Numbered from the stretch's first letter, positions 24,096 through 33,310 are shown. The stretch: DNA of 64,000 nt from Candidatus Sungiibacteriota bacterium (GCA_016181585.1 JACOYX010000016.1:32467-96466); one strand, 5' to 3'. Made by a program: numbers and translations. Notes: generated by a model not told the origin, from the sequence alone.

Positions 24096-24233
24096 ATGTC
24101 TCCCGCACGCAAATACCAAAAACCCTACGTGCTGATAGCGCTTGGAGTGCTTCTTATCGCACTAAGTTCACTCTTTATGCTTTTGGGCGGCAACTGCCGG
24201 CATTGTGTTCTTTGCGGTTTGGAAGTTTCTTGA
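24096..24233 (+). CDS. 45-aa single-TM peptide with C-terminal CRHCVLC (below the ORF-track cutoff)
   Basis: Hand translation gives MSPARKYQKPYVLIALGVLLIALSSLFMLLGGNCRHCVLCGLEVS. It lies between two redox genes. There is no strong SD. Confidence 0.35.
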   Translation: MSPARKYQKPYVLIALGVLLIALSSLFMLLGGNCRHCVLCGLEVS

Positions 24234-24272
24234 ATTAGCAAAGAAAAAATATGGTAAAATAATTTTTATATT

Positions 24273-24662
24273 ATGATTCAAAATTTCATACAAAAATTGA
24301 ATCCCATGTGGACGCTTCGTTTGGGCTTGGGCCTTATGTATTTGTATTCCGGTTATGATCTTTTTTATAATCCACAGCATTGGTACGGCTTTATCCCGCG
24401 CTGGCTTTCGCAATTTATCACGCCGTTTATGTCAATCGAATCATATCTGCGGCTTCAAGGAACAGGGGAGTTTATTATTGGCCTTTTGTTTCTCGCATGG
24501 TTTTCTGGCACCAAAGGAGTGCGCATTGCCGCCGCTCTGGCGGTGCTTGAAATGGCAGGCATCTTGCTTTTTGTCGGTATCGATCTTATCACCTTCCGCG
24601 ATATCGGACTTTTGGGAGGCGCTATAGCGCTTTTGATCATGAGTTTTCAGAATAGGCAATAG
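24273..24662 (+). CDS. DoxX/MauE-like small membrane protein
   Basis: 129 aa with 4 predicted TM helices. The pattern LRLGLGLMYLYSGYDLF is DoxX-like. Tentative. Confidence 0.45.
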   Translation: MIQNFIQKLNPMWTLRLGLGLMYLYSGYDLFYNPQHWYGFIPRWLSQFITPFMSIESYLRLQGTGEFIIGLLFLAWFSGTKGVRIAAALAVLEMAGILLFVGIDLITFRDIGLLGGAIALLIMSFQNRQ

Positions 24663-24681
24663 TTTTAACACAGCAATTTAA

Positions 24682-26856
24682 ATGCAGGAGACAAAACTTA
24701 AATCAACGCTTGCAGTGTTCACTCTCGGAATTTTTGCCGTTATCACCTTTGGCTTGATTTGGTTTTTCTTTTTGGAGCCCTCTGCGCCTGTCGGGCTTGG
24801 GTGGTATTTGTTTGGCTTTGCCTCCGGGCTCTCAATGATTGTGCTTCCATGCACACTTCCACTTGCGTTTGTGATTGTTCCGCTTTCGATGGGAAAAGGC
24901 GCGGCAAAGGGCCTAGGGATTGCGCTCATGTTCGGTTTAGGCGTGGCGATTATGTTGAGCATATACGGCGTTATTGCCGCGGTTATTGGTGAAGTTGCCA
25001 TAGGGACGCTTGGTGCGCCGCTTGAGGTGGTAAAAAACTGGCTCTACCTTTTTGCAGGGCTTTTTGCTTATCTTTTTGCGCTTGGTGAAATTGGGCTTAT
25101 CAAATTTCATATGCCCACCTATACAGGTTCTGCTCCCGCATTTATCCAAAAACAGCAGGACTACATAAAAGCGCTTATGCTCGGACTTTTCTTGGGCAAT
25201 GTTGGCGTCGGCTGTCCGCATCCCGCCACACCCGTGCTTTTAACGCGTATCGCGGCATCAGGCGATATTTTTTACGGCTGGCTTTTGTTCTTTGTGCATG
25301 CGGTAGGACGGGTATTGCCGCTGTTGCTTCTGGCGCTACTTGGCATTCTCGGCGTAAATGCGCTCTCGTGGCTGGTTGCGCGGAAAGAAAAAATAGAAAA
25401 AGCCACCGGCTGGGCAATGGTTTTTGTAGCGGCGTTTATTTTAGTGCTTGGCCTTTTTTCGCACGATTGGTGGGTTTATTCCGGCCAGCATACGCTACTG
25501 GAAGAAATTACGGGAGAAGAAAAATTCCTCGGCATTATTATCGATCGGTTTAATTTGGCGGGGATTCCGCATACGCATGGAATACCTACCGGCACAGGAC
25601 TTTTTGGTTTGCCATTATGGCTCGGAAATTGGGTCTTGGTGTTTCTCTGGGTATTTCCCATCTGGTGGGCGTTGATAAAGCAGGAAAAAGCGCTTATGCA
25701 GGAAAATAGCGGAGCGGCGGCTCTTCCAAAACTTGGTTCCGGAATTTCGTCTTCGCCAAGTCTCAAGCGGGACGTCGAATTAAAAGTGATGCCGTATGCG
25801 CTTGCCAACGTGATTACACTTACGCTTCTTCTCGCCGTCATTTTTATTTGGGCGCTTCCGGCACGGTTTTACCATCAAGAACTTTCAGCGATACGCGAGG
25901 AATCCATGGAGAGTGGGGAGCATTCGGTTATGCTTCATGAGGGGACGGTGATTCATGAAGAAAACGAAGTAACGGAAGGACTCGCAATAAATTTTTTGCC
26001 GCATACACTGTCATCTGTTGTCGGTACATCTTCCGATTTTGATTTTTTTGTAAATATGAAACCGGAAAATACCCCCATTCCCGCATCCTCGCTCCAAATC
26101 GATCACGAAAAACTCATGCATGTTATTGGCGTGCGTGACGATCTGAATGAGTTTCTTCATATTCATCCTGCCCCCGTTGCCACAACTGGCGTACTTGCCG
26201 TGAGTTACACCTTTAAAAAACCGGGGAAATATAAATTATGGTCGGAAATTACCAAAGACGGTATTCTCCACGCTTTCGGACATCCCATGATTACCGTTTC
26301 CGGTACCGGCAATACGGCTCAAAAAATAATTTCGTATGCGAAATCGGTAAGCGTGGACGGATATCAAGCGGTACTCGACTATACTTCTCCTATTGCAAAA
26401 GACAAAGAAGTGGAACTGATTATCGATGTGCACGACTTCTTTGACAATGACGGGGTGCTTGATCAGTATCTCGGCTCTCCAATGCATTTGACCATTATTA
26501 AAGATGACCTGCGCCATTTTATTCATACTCACCCGGAGGGATCGCATACGGCGTCGTCCCATGATTTTATTTCCCAAGCGCATGCGCATGGAGAAGAGGC
26601 AACGCCTTTGGATACCGCGCATGGGGTACATTTTCAAGTTGCATTTCCTGAAGAAGGCAACTATAAACTTTTTGCGCAGTTTCGTCCGCAGGGCATTGGC
26701 CTGCCGGCCGATGAAGCGTTGCTGGCAAGTTTTTGGGTAAAAGTAGAGGCAGAAAAACCGTTTAGCTTATCGAACTGGTGGGTGAATTTGGTAATTTCAT
26801 TGATTTTAATTGTACTATTAAGCGCAGGGGTGAGAAAATATTTGATGGTAAAATAG
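24682..26856 (+). CDS. CcdA/DsbD-like thiol-disulfide transporter fused to two tandem His-rich extracytoplasmic modules and a C-terminal TM anchor
   Basis: TM cysteines lie in LPCTLPL (C57) and VGCPHPATP (C178). The repeated module MH-x(5)-DL-x(2)-F-x-H-x-HP ... G-x-YKL(W/F) occurs at about aa 478-520 and 601-664. 724 aa. Confidence 0.65.
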   Translation: MQETKLKSTLAVFTLGIFAVITFGLIWFFFLEPSAPVGLGWYLFGFASGLSMIVLPCTLPLAFVIVPLSMGKGAAKGLGIALMFGLGVAIMLSIYGVIAAVIGEVAIGTLGAPLEVVKNWLYLFAGLFAYLFALGEIGLIKFHMPTYTGSAPAFIQKQQDYIKALMLGLFLGNVGVGCPHPATPVLLTRIAASGDIFYGWLLFFVHAVGRVLPLLLLALLGILGVNALSWLVARKEKIEKATGWAMVFVAAFILVLGLFSHDWWVYSGQHTLLEEITGEEKFLGIIIDRFNLAGIPHTHGIPTGTGLFGLPLWLGNWVLVFLWVFPIWWALIKQEKALMQENSGAAALPKLGSGISSSPSLKRDVELKVMPYALANVITLTLLLAVIFIWALPARFYHQELSAIREESMESGEHSVMLHEGTVIHEENEVTEGLAINFLPHTLSSVVGTSSDFDFFVNMKPENTPIPASSLQIDHEKLMHVIGVRDDLNEFLHIHPAPVATTGVLAVSYTFKKPGKYKLWSEITKDGILHAFGHPMITVSGTGNTAQKIISYAKSVSVDGYQAVLDYTSPIAKDKEVELIIDVHDFFDNDGVLDQYLGSPMHLTIIKDDLRHFIHTHPEGSHTASSHDFISQAHAHGEEATPLDTAHGVHFQVAFPEEGNYKLFAQFRPQGIGLPADEALLASFWVKVEAEKPFSLSNWWVNLVISLILIVLLSAGVRKYLMVK

Positions 26857-26898
26857 ATTGAATCATGCGGCATTAAATTCAACCATGATTCTTGATTC

Positions 26899-27345
26899 AT
26901 GTTTTTTATGAACAAGTACTTCATTCTTATCATCATAGGCAGTCTTATCATAGGTGGCGGAGTTGTCTATCGTAATTTTTTAATTCCCGAATCTTCAATT
27001 CCCGTAACGAGCGGAAAGGTGCGGGAAATCACTATTGTTGCTGAAAAAGATGCATGGAAGTTTGAACCGGAAATAATTGAAGCAGCGCGGGGAGATAAAA
27101 TAATAGCGACGGTGATAAACGAAGATGACTACGATCACGGCATCGCGCTCGACGCTTTCGGCGTATCCCAGCGCATGCCGGCAAATGCAACTATAAAAAT
27201 AGAATTTGTCGTTACCCAAGAAGGGGACTTTCCTTTTTACTGCTCTGTTCCTTGCGGCGAGGGAGAAGTAGACGGCAAAAAACGCACCCACTTCGATATG
27301 ATCGGAAAATTGCATGTGAGAAGTGCTGTGAGCGGAACGGAGTAA
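26899..27345 (+). CDS. Cupredoxin-domain protein (signal-anchored)
   Basis: FPFYCSVPCGEG...HFDMIGKLHV resembles a C-terminal cupredoxin Cys/His/Met ligand loop. It has an N-terminal TM helix. Confidence 0.55.
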   Translation: MFFMNKYFILIIIGSLIIGGGVVYRNFLIPESSIPVTSGKVREITIVAEKDAWKFEPEIIEAARGDKIIATVINEDDYDHGIALDAFGVSQRMPANATIKIEFVVTQEGDFPFYCSVPCGEGEVDGKKRTHFDMIGKLHVRSAVSGTE

Positions 27346-27348
27346 AAT

Positions 27349-27376
27349 AAAAAAACCGATAAATATTATCGGTTTA
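27349..27376. terminator. Hairpin between convergent genes
   Basis: AAACCGATAA-ATA-TTATCGGTTT stem. Confidence 0.55.
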
Positions 27377-27650
27377 CTGCAGGCATCCTTCCACTGCACT
27401 TACAAAAACCCAATTGAAGTACTGCTATCTCAATTAACGGCACAACAGCAAGAAGCAGTGTTATAAAACCACCCAGAATTCCAAAATAAAATCTCCAATA
27501 ATTCCATGAATAGTAACTATAAATCCACCAGCCATGTATATTTCCGTGCGACTCATTGCGCCGCTTTACCACATAATCTCTAAGCAATATGATGCTAACC
27601 GATGAAAAACCTGCACAAAGCCACCATAAAATTATAGTTAAGATAGTCAT
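27366..27650 (-). CDS. Hypothetical 94-aa membrane protein
   Basis: Three hydrophobic, Trp/Tyr-rich segments. Confidence 0.45.
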   Translation of the reverse strand: MTILTIILWWLCAGFSSVSIILLRDYVVKRRNESHGNIHGWWIYSYYSWNYWRFYFGILGGFITLLLAVVPLIEIAVLQLGFCKCSGRMPAVNR

Positions 27651-27740
27651 ACTCGACCCTTTCCTAAAAAGAACAGTAGTTCACTGTAACATAATCAATA
27701 TATGATGGGCAAATTTCTATTGAAGTGAGACTTCAATAGA

Positions 27741-28430
27741 CTATTCCAAAGTTTTGCCTTCAAGAATCGCAAAATCTATGTTCTGAACCCATGATTTCAT
27801 ATCATTTAAAAAATCTATGGAGCTACCAACATAATCTTGTAAAAAATCCCTTGCTATAACCGTTGGAAAGTTTTGAATTCCAATATAATCCAAGAGGCTT
27901 GACCAGCGATAGTTTTTGAGTAACATAGTCGCTTTATCAAAATCTGTAACGTTATGATTCCGCCATTCAGGCATTGTTAAATCAAGTGGATTTAAATGAA
28001 TATAATGAGGCAAATGAATAAAATGTGCTTCATCTTCCAACAATATTGCTTTAAATTTCCCTTGGAATAATGGACCCACACGGTTATAATTAGTATTGAA
28101 ATAGTTTGTATATCCTGTCCCCAGTTTACGCATAAAAAGAGTGATGCCCTGATCAATCACTTGTCGCACCATCAAATGATAGTGATTTGGCATGAGACAA
28201 AAGGCAAGAATCTCTACTAACACTTCTTTTCTCGGATATTGAAGTCTCACTTCAATAGGTGTGCGATTAAATTGATACCCCAAATTTAAAGCCGGAGCTT
28301 TACTATTGAACTCGTATAAATTTAAAATGAATCGTAAATAATCCTTTTCACTTAAAAATATATCTCGCTTCTCAACACCTCGATTATAAATATGATAAAT
28401 ATGATCATCCGCAAAAGATACGTGCTTCAT
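27741..28430 (-). CDS. IS200-like / REP-associated tyrosine (Y1, HUH) transposase, COG1943-type
   Basis: YHIYNRGVEKRDIF, CLMPNHYHLMV (the HUH motif), YTNYFNTNYNRVGPLFQGKFK and YIHLNP. Confidence 0.8.
   Translation of the reverse strand: MKHVSFADDHIYHIYNRGVEKRDIFLSEKDYLRFILNLYEFNSKAPALNLGYQFNRTPIEVRLQYPRKEVLVEILAFCLMPNHYHLMVRQVIDQGITLFMRKLGTGYTNYFNTNYNRVGPLFQGKFKAILLEDEAHFIHLPHYIHLNPLDLTMPEWRNHNVTDFDKATMLLKNYRWSSLLDYIGIQNFPTVIARDFLQDYVGSSIDFLNDMKSWVQNIDFAILEGKTLE
28237..28259. repeat. Third copy of the transposase-flanking hairpin, inside the transposase coding sequence (opposite loop orientation)
   Basis: TATTGAAGTCTCACTTCAATAGG is the reverse complement of the flanking hairpin. It encodes PIEVRLQY. 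Confidence 0.8.
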
Positions 28431-28645
28431 ACATTAATTGTAATCCTATTGAAGTGAGACTTCAATACTTCAATATTTTACATGATTCTTACTTATTTTA
28501 TTTTTGCAACCATGTTTTTTATCCCTGCTTTTCCTTATATTTCCGAGCCTGAAAAATTTATGTTGCTTCCTTATTTTTAACATAGTCCGCGCGAACAGAG
28601 ATTTTTAATCCGGAAATCATTTCCTCTATTTTACTTCTTTCTTTT

Positions 28646-28660
28646 TACAATTCAATTGTA
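28646..28660. promoter_or_regulatory. 15-bp palindrome TACAATTCAATTGTA upstream of copA (candidate operator)
   Basis: Perfect 7-bp arms 58 nt upstream of ATG 28718. The TACA...TGTA ends recall the CopY cop box, but the spacing differs. Confidence 0.3.
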
Positions 28661-28717
28661 TTTTTTACGTTACTTTTTTGCTTTACGGGCTAACATCAGG
28701 AGATAATAAAAAACCAT

Positions 28718-31045
28718 ATGACTAAACTTGTTTTAAAAGTCAAAGGAATGCATTGTGCATCGTGCTCGACGCTCATCGACAAACTCATTGGAAAACAGGA
28801 GGGGGTTTTATCAATTAAAACCAATTATGGCGCTGAGAAAACCGCAATCGAGTTCGATGAAACCAGAATTACGCTGGAAAAAGTTGATGAGCTTTTGCAT
28901 AAGCTTGGCTACGATTTGATCCGGCCGAATGAGGCGCTCAATGTGGAAGACGAGGAGAAAAAAGAAGCGCGAAAAACCGATGAAGCGCGGCGGCGCGCTA
29001 TTGCTGCCTTTGTGCTTTCCGCGCCTATCATTGCCTATTACATGCTAATTCACATGTTCAATTTAAAGCATGTGCACGAGCTCTACGGAATTGATTTGAA
29101 TTATCTCTATTGGATTCTTTCCACGCCGATTCAATTTATCATCGCATGGCCTTTTTATCGAAATACATTTACCGCAATTCGCGTGGGTTCCGCCAATATG
29201 GATGTCTTGGTGGTGCTGGGGACTTCCGCGGCATATTTTTATTCGGCAGTTGGTTTTCTATTTTTCAATATTGATCATCCGTTTTGGGAGTCATCCGCGG
29301 CGCTTCTGTTTTTCATAATATTGGGAAGATATTTTGAGGCGGTATCGCGCGGAAGGGCTTCGGTCGCCATTAAAGAGCTTTTGAAACTAGAAGCGAAAGA
29401 AGCGCATGTTTTGCGCGGCGGACAGGAAGCTACGGTGCCGATTGATCAGATCCAAAAAGGGGAGACTGTGGTGGTGCGTCCCGGAGAAAAAATACCGGTG
29501 GATGGCGTCATACTCGAAGGCAAAACGCATATCGATGAAAAAGTGGTTACCGGCGAATCGTTTCCTGTGGGAAAAACGGTCGGCGACGAAGTGATCGGAG
29601 CCACGGTCAATCAGGAAGGCCTCATTAAATTTAAGGCAACAAAAGTCGGCAAGGAAACATTGCTCTATCAAATTATCAGTATGGTGGAAGAAGCGCAGGC
29701 GACGCGGGCGCCCATACAAAATCTGGTGGATAAAATCAGTGAATCGTTTGTGCCTGCTGTGGTGGTGCTCTCGATCGTCACGTTTGTCGTGTGGTACTTT
29801 GTTTTCGCGTTTCCTTTCAACGCAGCACTTCGCTTTATGATTGCGGTGTTGGTGATCTCCTGCCCGTGCGCGATGGGCCTTGCCACTCCCACCGCGCTTA
29901 TTGTCGGCATAGGCCGCGCGGCGCGTTTCGGTATTATTTTAAAAGGAGGCGAGGCATTGGAGAAAGCATATAAAATACAGGCGATTGCATTTGATAAAAC
30001 CGGTACGCTTACCATTGGGAAACCTGTGGTTACGGATTTTATCCCCATTCATTTTCCAGAAAATGAGGCGCTCATGTATTCTGCCGCCATTGAAACCGGA
30101 TCCGAGCATCCGCTTGCGCGCGCGGTGATTGAAAAAGCAAAAAATGCAAATATAAATCTTCCGCAAGTGCAAAATGTGCAGGCAATGGCGGGACTTGGCA
30201 TTTCGGGATCGGTAAATGGAAAGATGGTTGCGGTGGGCAATGCGGCGTTTATGCAGTCGCTTGGCATAGACACTGCAGGGCATATGCCGGAAGTTGAAAA
30301 ATTGCAAAATCAAGCAAAAACCGTGGTTTTTGCCTCTATTGACAAGCGGCTTATGGCGGTGATCGCCATGGCCGATACCTTGAAGCCTTTCGCACGCGAA
30401 GCGATACAAGCATTGAAGAATATGGGCAAAGAAATTGTTATGATCACTGGCGACAATCCAAAAACAGCCGAAGCAATTGCCAAGGAAATCGGCGTTGATC
30501 GCGTGCTTGCGCAGGTGCTTCCCCGGCAAAAAGCGGAAGTGATCAAAAAAATTCAGCAGGAGGGGAAAACGGTTGCGATGGTAGGGGATGGCATAAACGA
30601 TTCCCCCGCGCTCGCGCAAGCGGATGTCGGCATTGCGGTTGGTTCCGGCACCGACGTTGCGGTGCAAACGGGACAAGTGGTTTTGGTGAAAGATGATTTG
30701 CGCGATGTGGTGACTGCAATCCAGCTCTCGGGAAAAACCATCCGCAAAGTATGGCAGAATCTTTTTTGGGCATTTGCTTATAACGTGGTTGCGATTCCCA
30801 TTGCCGCAGGATTTCATCTTTTCTTCACCACGCAAATTTTGACCGCGCAGACTTTTCTCCCGGCGGCTTGGACCCACGGGCTTAAAAATTATGGAGGCAT
30901 AGGTAACATGCTCTTTAGTTTTACACAGTCCACCCTGCGCCCTGAAATTGCGGGGTTTGCCATGGCTTTCAGTTCGGTCTCGGTAGTCACCAACTCGCTT
31001 CTTTTGCGCCGCTATGTTCCGCCAATGGAAAAGGAATCGCAATAA
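28718..31045 (+). CDS. copA: Copper-translocating P1B-type ATPase
   Basis: N-terminal HMA GMHCASC, TM CPC motif [18 protein letters not shown] and [10 protein letters not shown]. Confidence 0.9.
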   Translation: MTKLVLKVKGMHCASCSTLIDKLIGKQEGVLSIKTNYGAEKTAIEFDETRITLEKVDELLHKLGYDLIRPNEALNVEDEEKKEARKTDEARRRAIAAFVLSAPIIAYYMLIHMFNLKHVHELYGIDLNYLYWILSTPIQFIIAWPFYRNTFTAIRVGSANMDVLVVLGTSAAYFYSAVGFLFFNIDHPFWESSAALLFFIILGRYFEAVSRGRASVAIKELLKLEAKEAHVLRGGQEATVPIDQIQKGETVVVRPGEKIPVDGVILEGKTHIDEKVVTGESFPVGKTVGDEVIGATVNQEGLIKFKATKVGKETLLYQIISMVEEAQATRAPIQNLVDKISESFVPAVVVLSIVTFVVWYFVFAFPFNAALRFMIAVLVISCPCAMGLATPTALIVGIGRAARFGIILKGGEALEKAYKIQAIAFDKTGTLTIGKPVVTDFIPIHFPENEALMYSAAIETGSEHPLARAVIEKAKNANINLPQVQNVQAMAGLGISGSVNGKMVAVGNAAFMQSLGIDTAGHMPEVEKLQNQAKTVVFASIDKRLMAVIAMADTLKPFAREAIQALKNMGKEIVMITGDNPKTAEAIAKEIGVDRVLAQVLPRQKAEVIKKIQQEGKTVAMVGDGINDSPALAQADVGIAVGSGTDVAVQTGQVVLVKDDLRDVVTAIQLSGKTIRKVWQNLFWAFAYNVVAIPIAAGFHLFFTTQILTAQTFLPAAWTHGLKNYGGIGNMLFSFTQSTLRPEIAGFAMAFSSVSVVTNSLLLRRYVPPMEKESQ

Positions 31046-31063
31046 TTTTTATATTTGAAGAGT

Positions 31064-31294
31064 TTGGTGTGTTGGGAGTATAATATAGCCGAGGACGACA
31101 AAGCAATATATGTTATAGAAGTGAAACCCGCCGTTAACGCCAAAGCGTTGGGACAAGCTATCGCTTATGCGATGCTGTATCAATAAGAAAACAACCCTCG
31201 CATACCGATAATTCCGGTGGTGCTCACCGATCATATAATTTCAACAACCAAGAGAATCCCTGACAAGAAAGGGGTCGAGCTGTGGGTGGCTTAA
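31064..31294 (+). pseudogene. Small PD-(D/E)xK-like ORF interrupted by an in-frame TAA at 31184
   Basis: (L)VCWEYNIAEDDKAIYVIEVKPAVNAKALGQAIAYAMLYQ-stop-ENNPRIPIIPVVLTDHIISTTKRIPDKKGVELWVA. The D...E-V-K spacing is nuclease-like. Tentative. Confidence 0.3.
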
Positions 31295-31456
31295 CCCCAG
31301 AAAAAACCTAAACGAGAAAGCACCCATAACATAAATTTTATATACAAAACAATCGCCAGCACAAACCACAACACCGAGAAAAATAGTTTAATCATGCATA
31401 ATATACTATCACGTGGGAGCGTTATAGAAACAGTAGATAGTAATGTAGAAAATATT

Positions 31457-31466
31457 TTGGTATAAT
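31457..31466 (+). promoter_or_regulatory. Extended -10 (TTGGTATAAT) upstream of copZ
   Basis: TGnTATAAT lies 10 nt before ATG 31476, which implies a very short or absent leader. Confidence 0.45.
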
Positions 31467-31475
31467 GGCTGTATT

Positions 31476-31682
31476 ATGGAAAAACTTGAACTGCACATAG
31501 AAGGAATGCATTGCGGATCGTGCGCTATCGGCATTCAGATGCTGGTTTCTCAAATGGAAGGCGTGAAATCCGTTGAGGTGAGTTACGAAGGGAAGAAGGG
31601 CGCATTTGAATTCGATTCTGCGAAAGTGAGCAAAGATCAAATTGTGAAGGCGATCAGTGAATTGGGGTATACCGCAACGTAA
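31476..31682 (+). CDS. copZ: Copper chaperone, HMA domain
   Basis: 68 aa with GMHCGSC in a ferredoxin-like HMA pattern. Confidence 0.8.
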   Translation: MEKLELHIEGMHCGSCAIGIQMLVSQMEGVKSVEVSYEGKKGAFEFDSAKVSKDQIVKAISELGYTAT

Positions 31683-31683
31683 T

Positions 31684-33258
31684 ATGTCCTACGACATTCT
31701 TATTAAATCCGGATCGGTGGTTGACGGTACGGGCAAAAAACCGGAGGTTTTCGATGTCGGCGTTTCGGAAGATAAAATTGCCGATATAGGCCATTTCGAA
31801 AATGCTGACGCAAAAATCATCATCAACGCCGCCGGTAAGTTTGTGACACCAGGATTTATTGATATTACCAATCATTCTGATACTCATTTGACGCTTTTTC
31901 GCGAACCAGGACAAGAATCGCTGGTTATGCAGGGAATTACTTCCGTTATCGGTGGCAATTGTGGGGCGTCCCTTGCACCGCTTGCATCCATGCAGGCGAT
32001 TCATGCAATTAAGAAGTGGGCGGACCCCTCCGAAATAAATTGCGATTGGAGCACAACGAAAGAATTTTTGGATAGGATCGAAACGATGCAATTTGGGGTA
32101 AACTTTGGAACCTTTGCGGGCTTTGGCACAATGCGCCGCGGGGTTATTGGCGACGAAATTCGCGCGTTGAATACGGAGGAGCAAAATCAGATAAAACTTT
32201 TGGCAAGTGAATCGCTGAGTGCAGGCGCTTTTGGAATTTCATTCGGTCTTTCGTATGGCCACGAGAGAGCATCAACCACTGAAGAACTTATTGAAATTAC
32301 CCGTGTTATGCAAGGTACAAAAGGAGTTGCAAAATTACATTTGCGATCCGAAGGGACGGAAATTCTTGCGGCGGTAAACGAAACGATTCGCATCGGCAGA
32401 GAAGCGGGAGTTCCTGTTCACATAAGCCATTTAAAGGCGATAGGTAAAAAAGCATGGGAACTGGTTCCCAAAGTGCTTGAACTTATCGACAACGCCCGTG
32501 CATCCGGTCTAAATATAATGTTTGATGTATCGCCTTACCATACAACCGGATCACTTCTCTATCTTCTGCTTCCGCCGTGGGCGCGAGAGGGGGGATTTGC
32601 AGGGCTTTTCCAAAGAATAGAACGTGAAACCGAGCGCGAGAAAATGATGGAAGAACTTCAGCGTATGACTCTTCATTACGATAAGATCCTTATCACCTCG
32701 GCTAAAATAAAAGATTCTGTGGGACGTACGATCAAAGAACTTGCGGATGAGGCTGGGCTCACGCCGGAGGAAACAGTAATTAATCTTGTTCGTGCCAACG
32801 AAGGCAGGGTAAATATTCTCGGCCGCACGGTTTCAGCAAAAAATACTGTTCTGCAATTGCAAAATCCCAATTCGCTTCTTGCCACGGATGGTGAAGGGTA
32901 TCGCCAGGAAGAATTCAAGTCCGGAAACCTCGTGCATCCGCGTTCATTCGGAGCACTTCCTCATTTTTGGCATCGTTTTGTTATGGATCGGGAACTGCTT
33001 TCTCCTGAAGCGGCAATTCAGAAAGCCACTGGCGGGCCTGCGGTATGGCTCGGCATAAAAAATCGTGGGGTTATTGCAAAAGGGAATTTTGCGGATATTG
33101 TAGTATTTGATTCACAACTTTATCGCGACCGTTCAACATATAGAAATCCATATCGTTATCCGGCAGGAATGGAATGGGTTGTACTAAATGGAAAAGTTGC
33201 GGTGGAGCAAGGAAAACATATGAACGCTCGTGCAGGACGAGTATTGCGGCGGGAATAA
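31684..33258 (+). CDS. N-acyl-D-amino-acid deacylase (D-aminoacylase)-family amidohydrolase
   Basis: MSYDILIKSGSVVDGTG...VSEDKIADIG and PGFIDITNHSD, where the family HxH is TNH here. The length and C-terminal beta-barrel-like tail also fit. Confidence 0.65.
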   Translation: MSYDILIKSGSVVDGTGKKPEVFDVGVSEDKIADIGHFENADAKIIINAAGKFVTPGFIDITNHSDTHLTLFREPGQESLVMQGITSVIGGNCGASLAPLASMQAIHAIKKWADPSEINCDWSTTKEFLDRIETMQFGVNFGTFAGFGTMRRGVIGDEIRALNTEEQNQIKLLASESLSAGAFGISFGLSYGHERASTTEELIEITRVMQGTKGVAKLHLRSEGTEILAAVNETIRIGREAGVPVHISHLKAIGKKAWELVPKVLELIDNARASGLNIMFDVSPYHTTGSLLYLLLPPWAREGGFAGLFQRIERETEREKMMEELQRMTLHYDKILITSAKIKDSVGRTIKELADEAGLTPEETVINLVRANEGRVNILGRTVSAKNTVLQLQNPNSLLATDGEGYRQEEFKSGNLVHPRSFGALPHFWHRFVMDRELLSPEAAIQKATGGPAVWLGIKNRGVIAKGNFADIVVFDSQLYRDRSTYRNPYRYPAGMEWVVLNGKVAVEQGKHMNARAGRVLRRE

Positions 33259-33283
33259 AAATTTGCTTATAAATTATTTTTTA

Positions 33284-33310
33284 AAAATCCGGCACAGTGC
33301 CGGATTTTTA
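33284..33310 (+). terminator. Intrinsic terminator
   Basis: TCCGGC-ACAGT-GCCGGA followed by TTTTT. Confidence 0.7.

Larger units (their letters stand above)
27717..28467 (-). mobile_element. Minimal IS200/IS605-type (RayT-like) unit: HUH Y1 transposase flanked by identical hairpins
   Basis: CTATTGAAGTGAGACTTCAATA occurs at 27717-27739 and at 28446-28467, bracketing the transposase gene. The region is markedly more AT-rich than its surroundings. Confidence 0.7.

Noticed and set aside
29939-31042. 367-aa minus-strand ORF
   Set aside because: It is a shadow ORF antisense to the confidently identified copA. It is rich in R/H/F/N with no motif. The same reasoning applies to the other antisense ORFs within copA.
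31184-31186. Stop-codon reassignment as an explanation for the in-frame TAA
   Set aside because: TAA (murD and many others), TAG (the NadD-NadK fusion) and TGA (gltX) all terminate confidently identified genes at the expected length, so the standard code applies.
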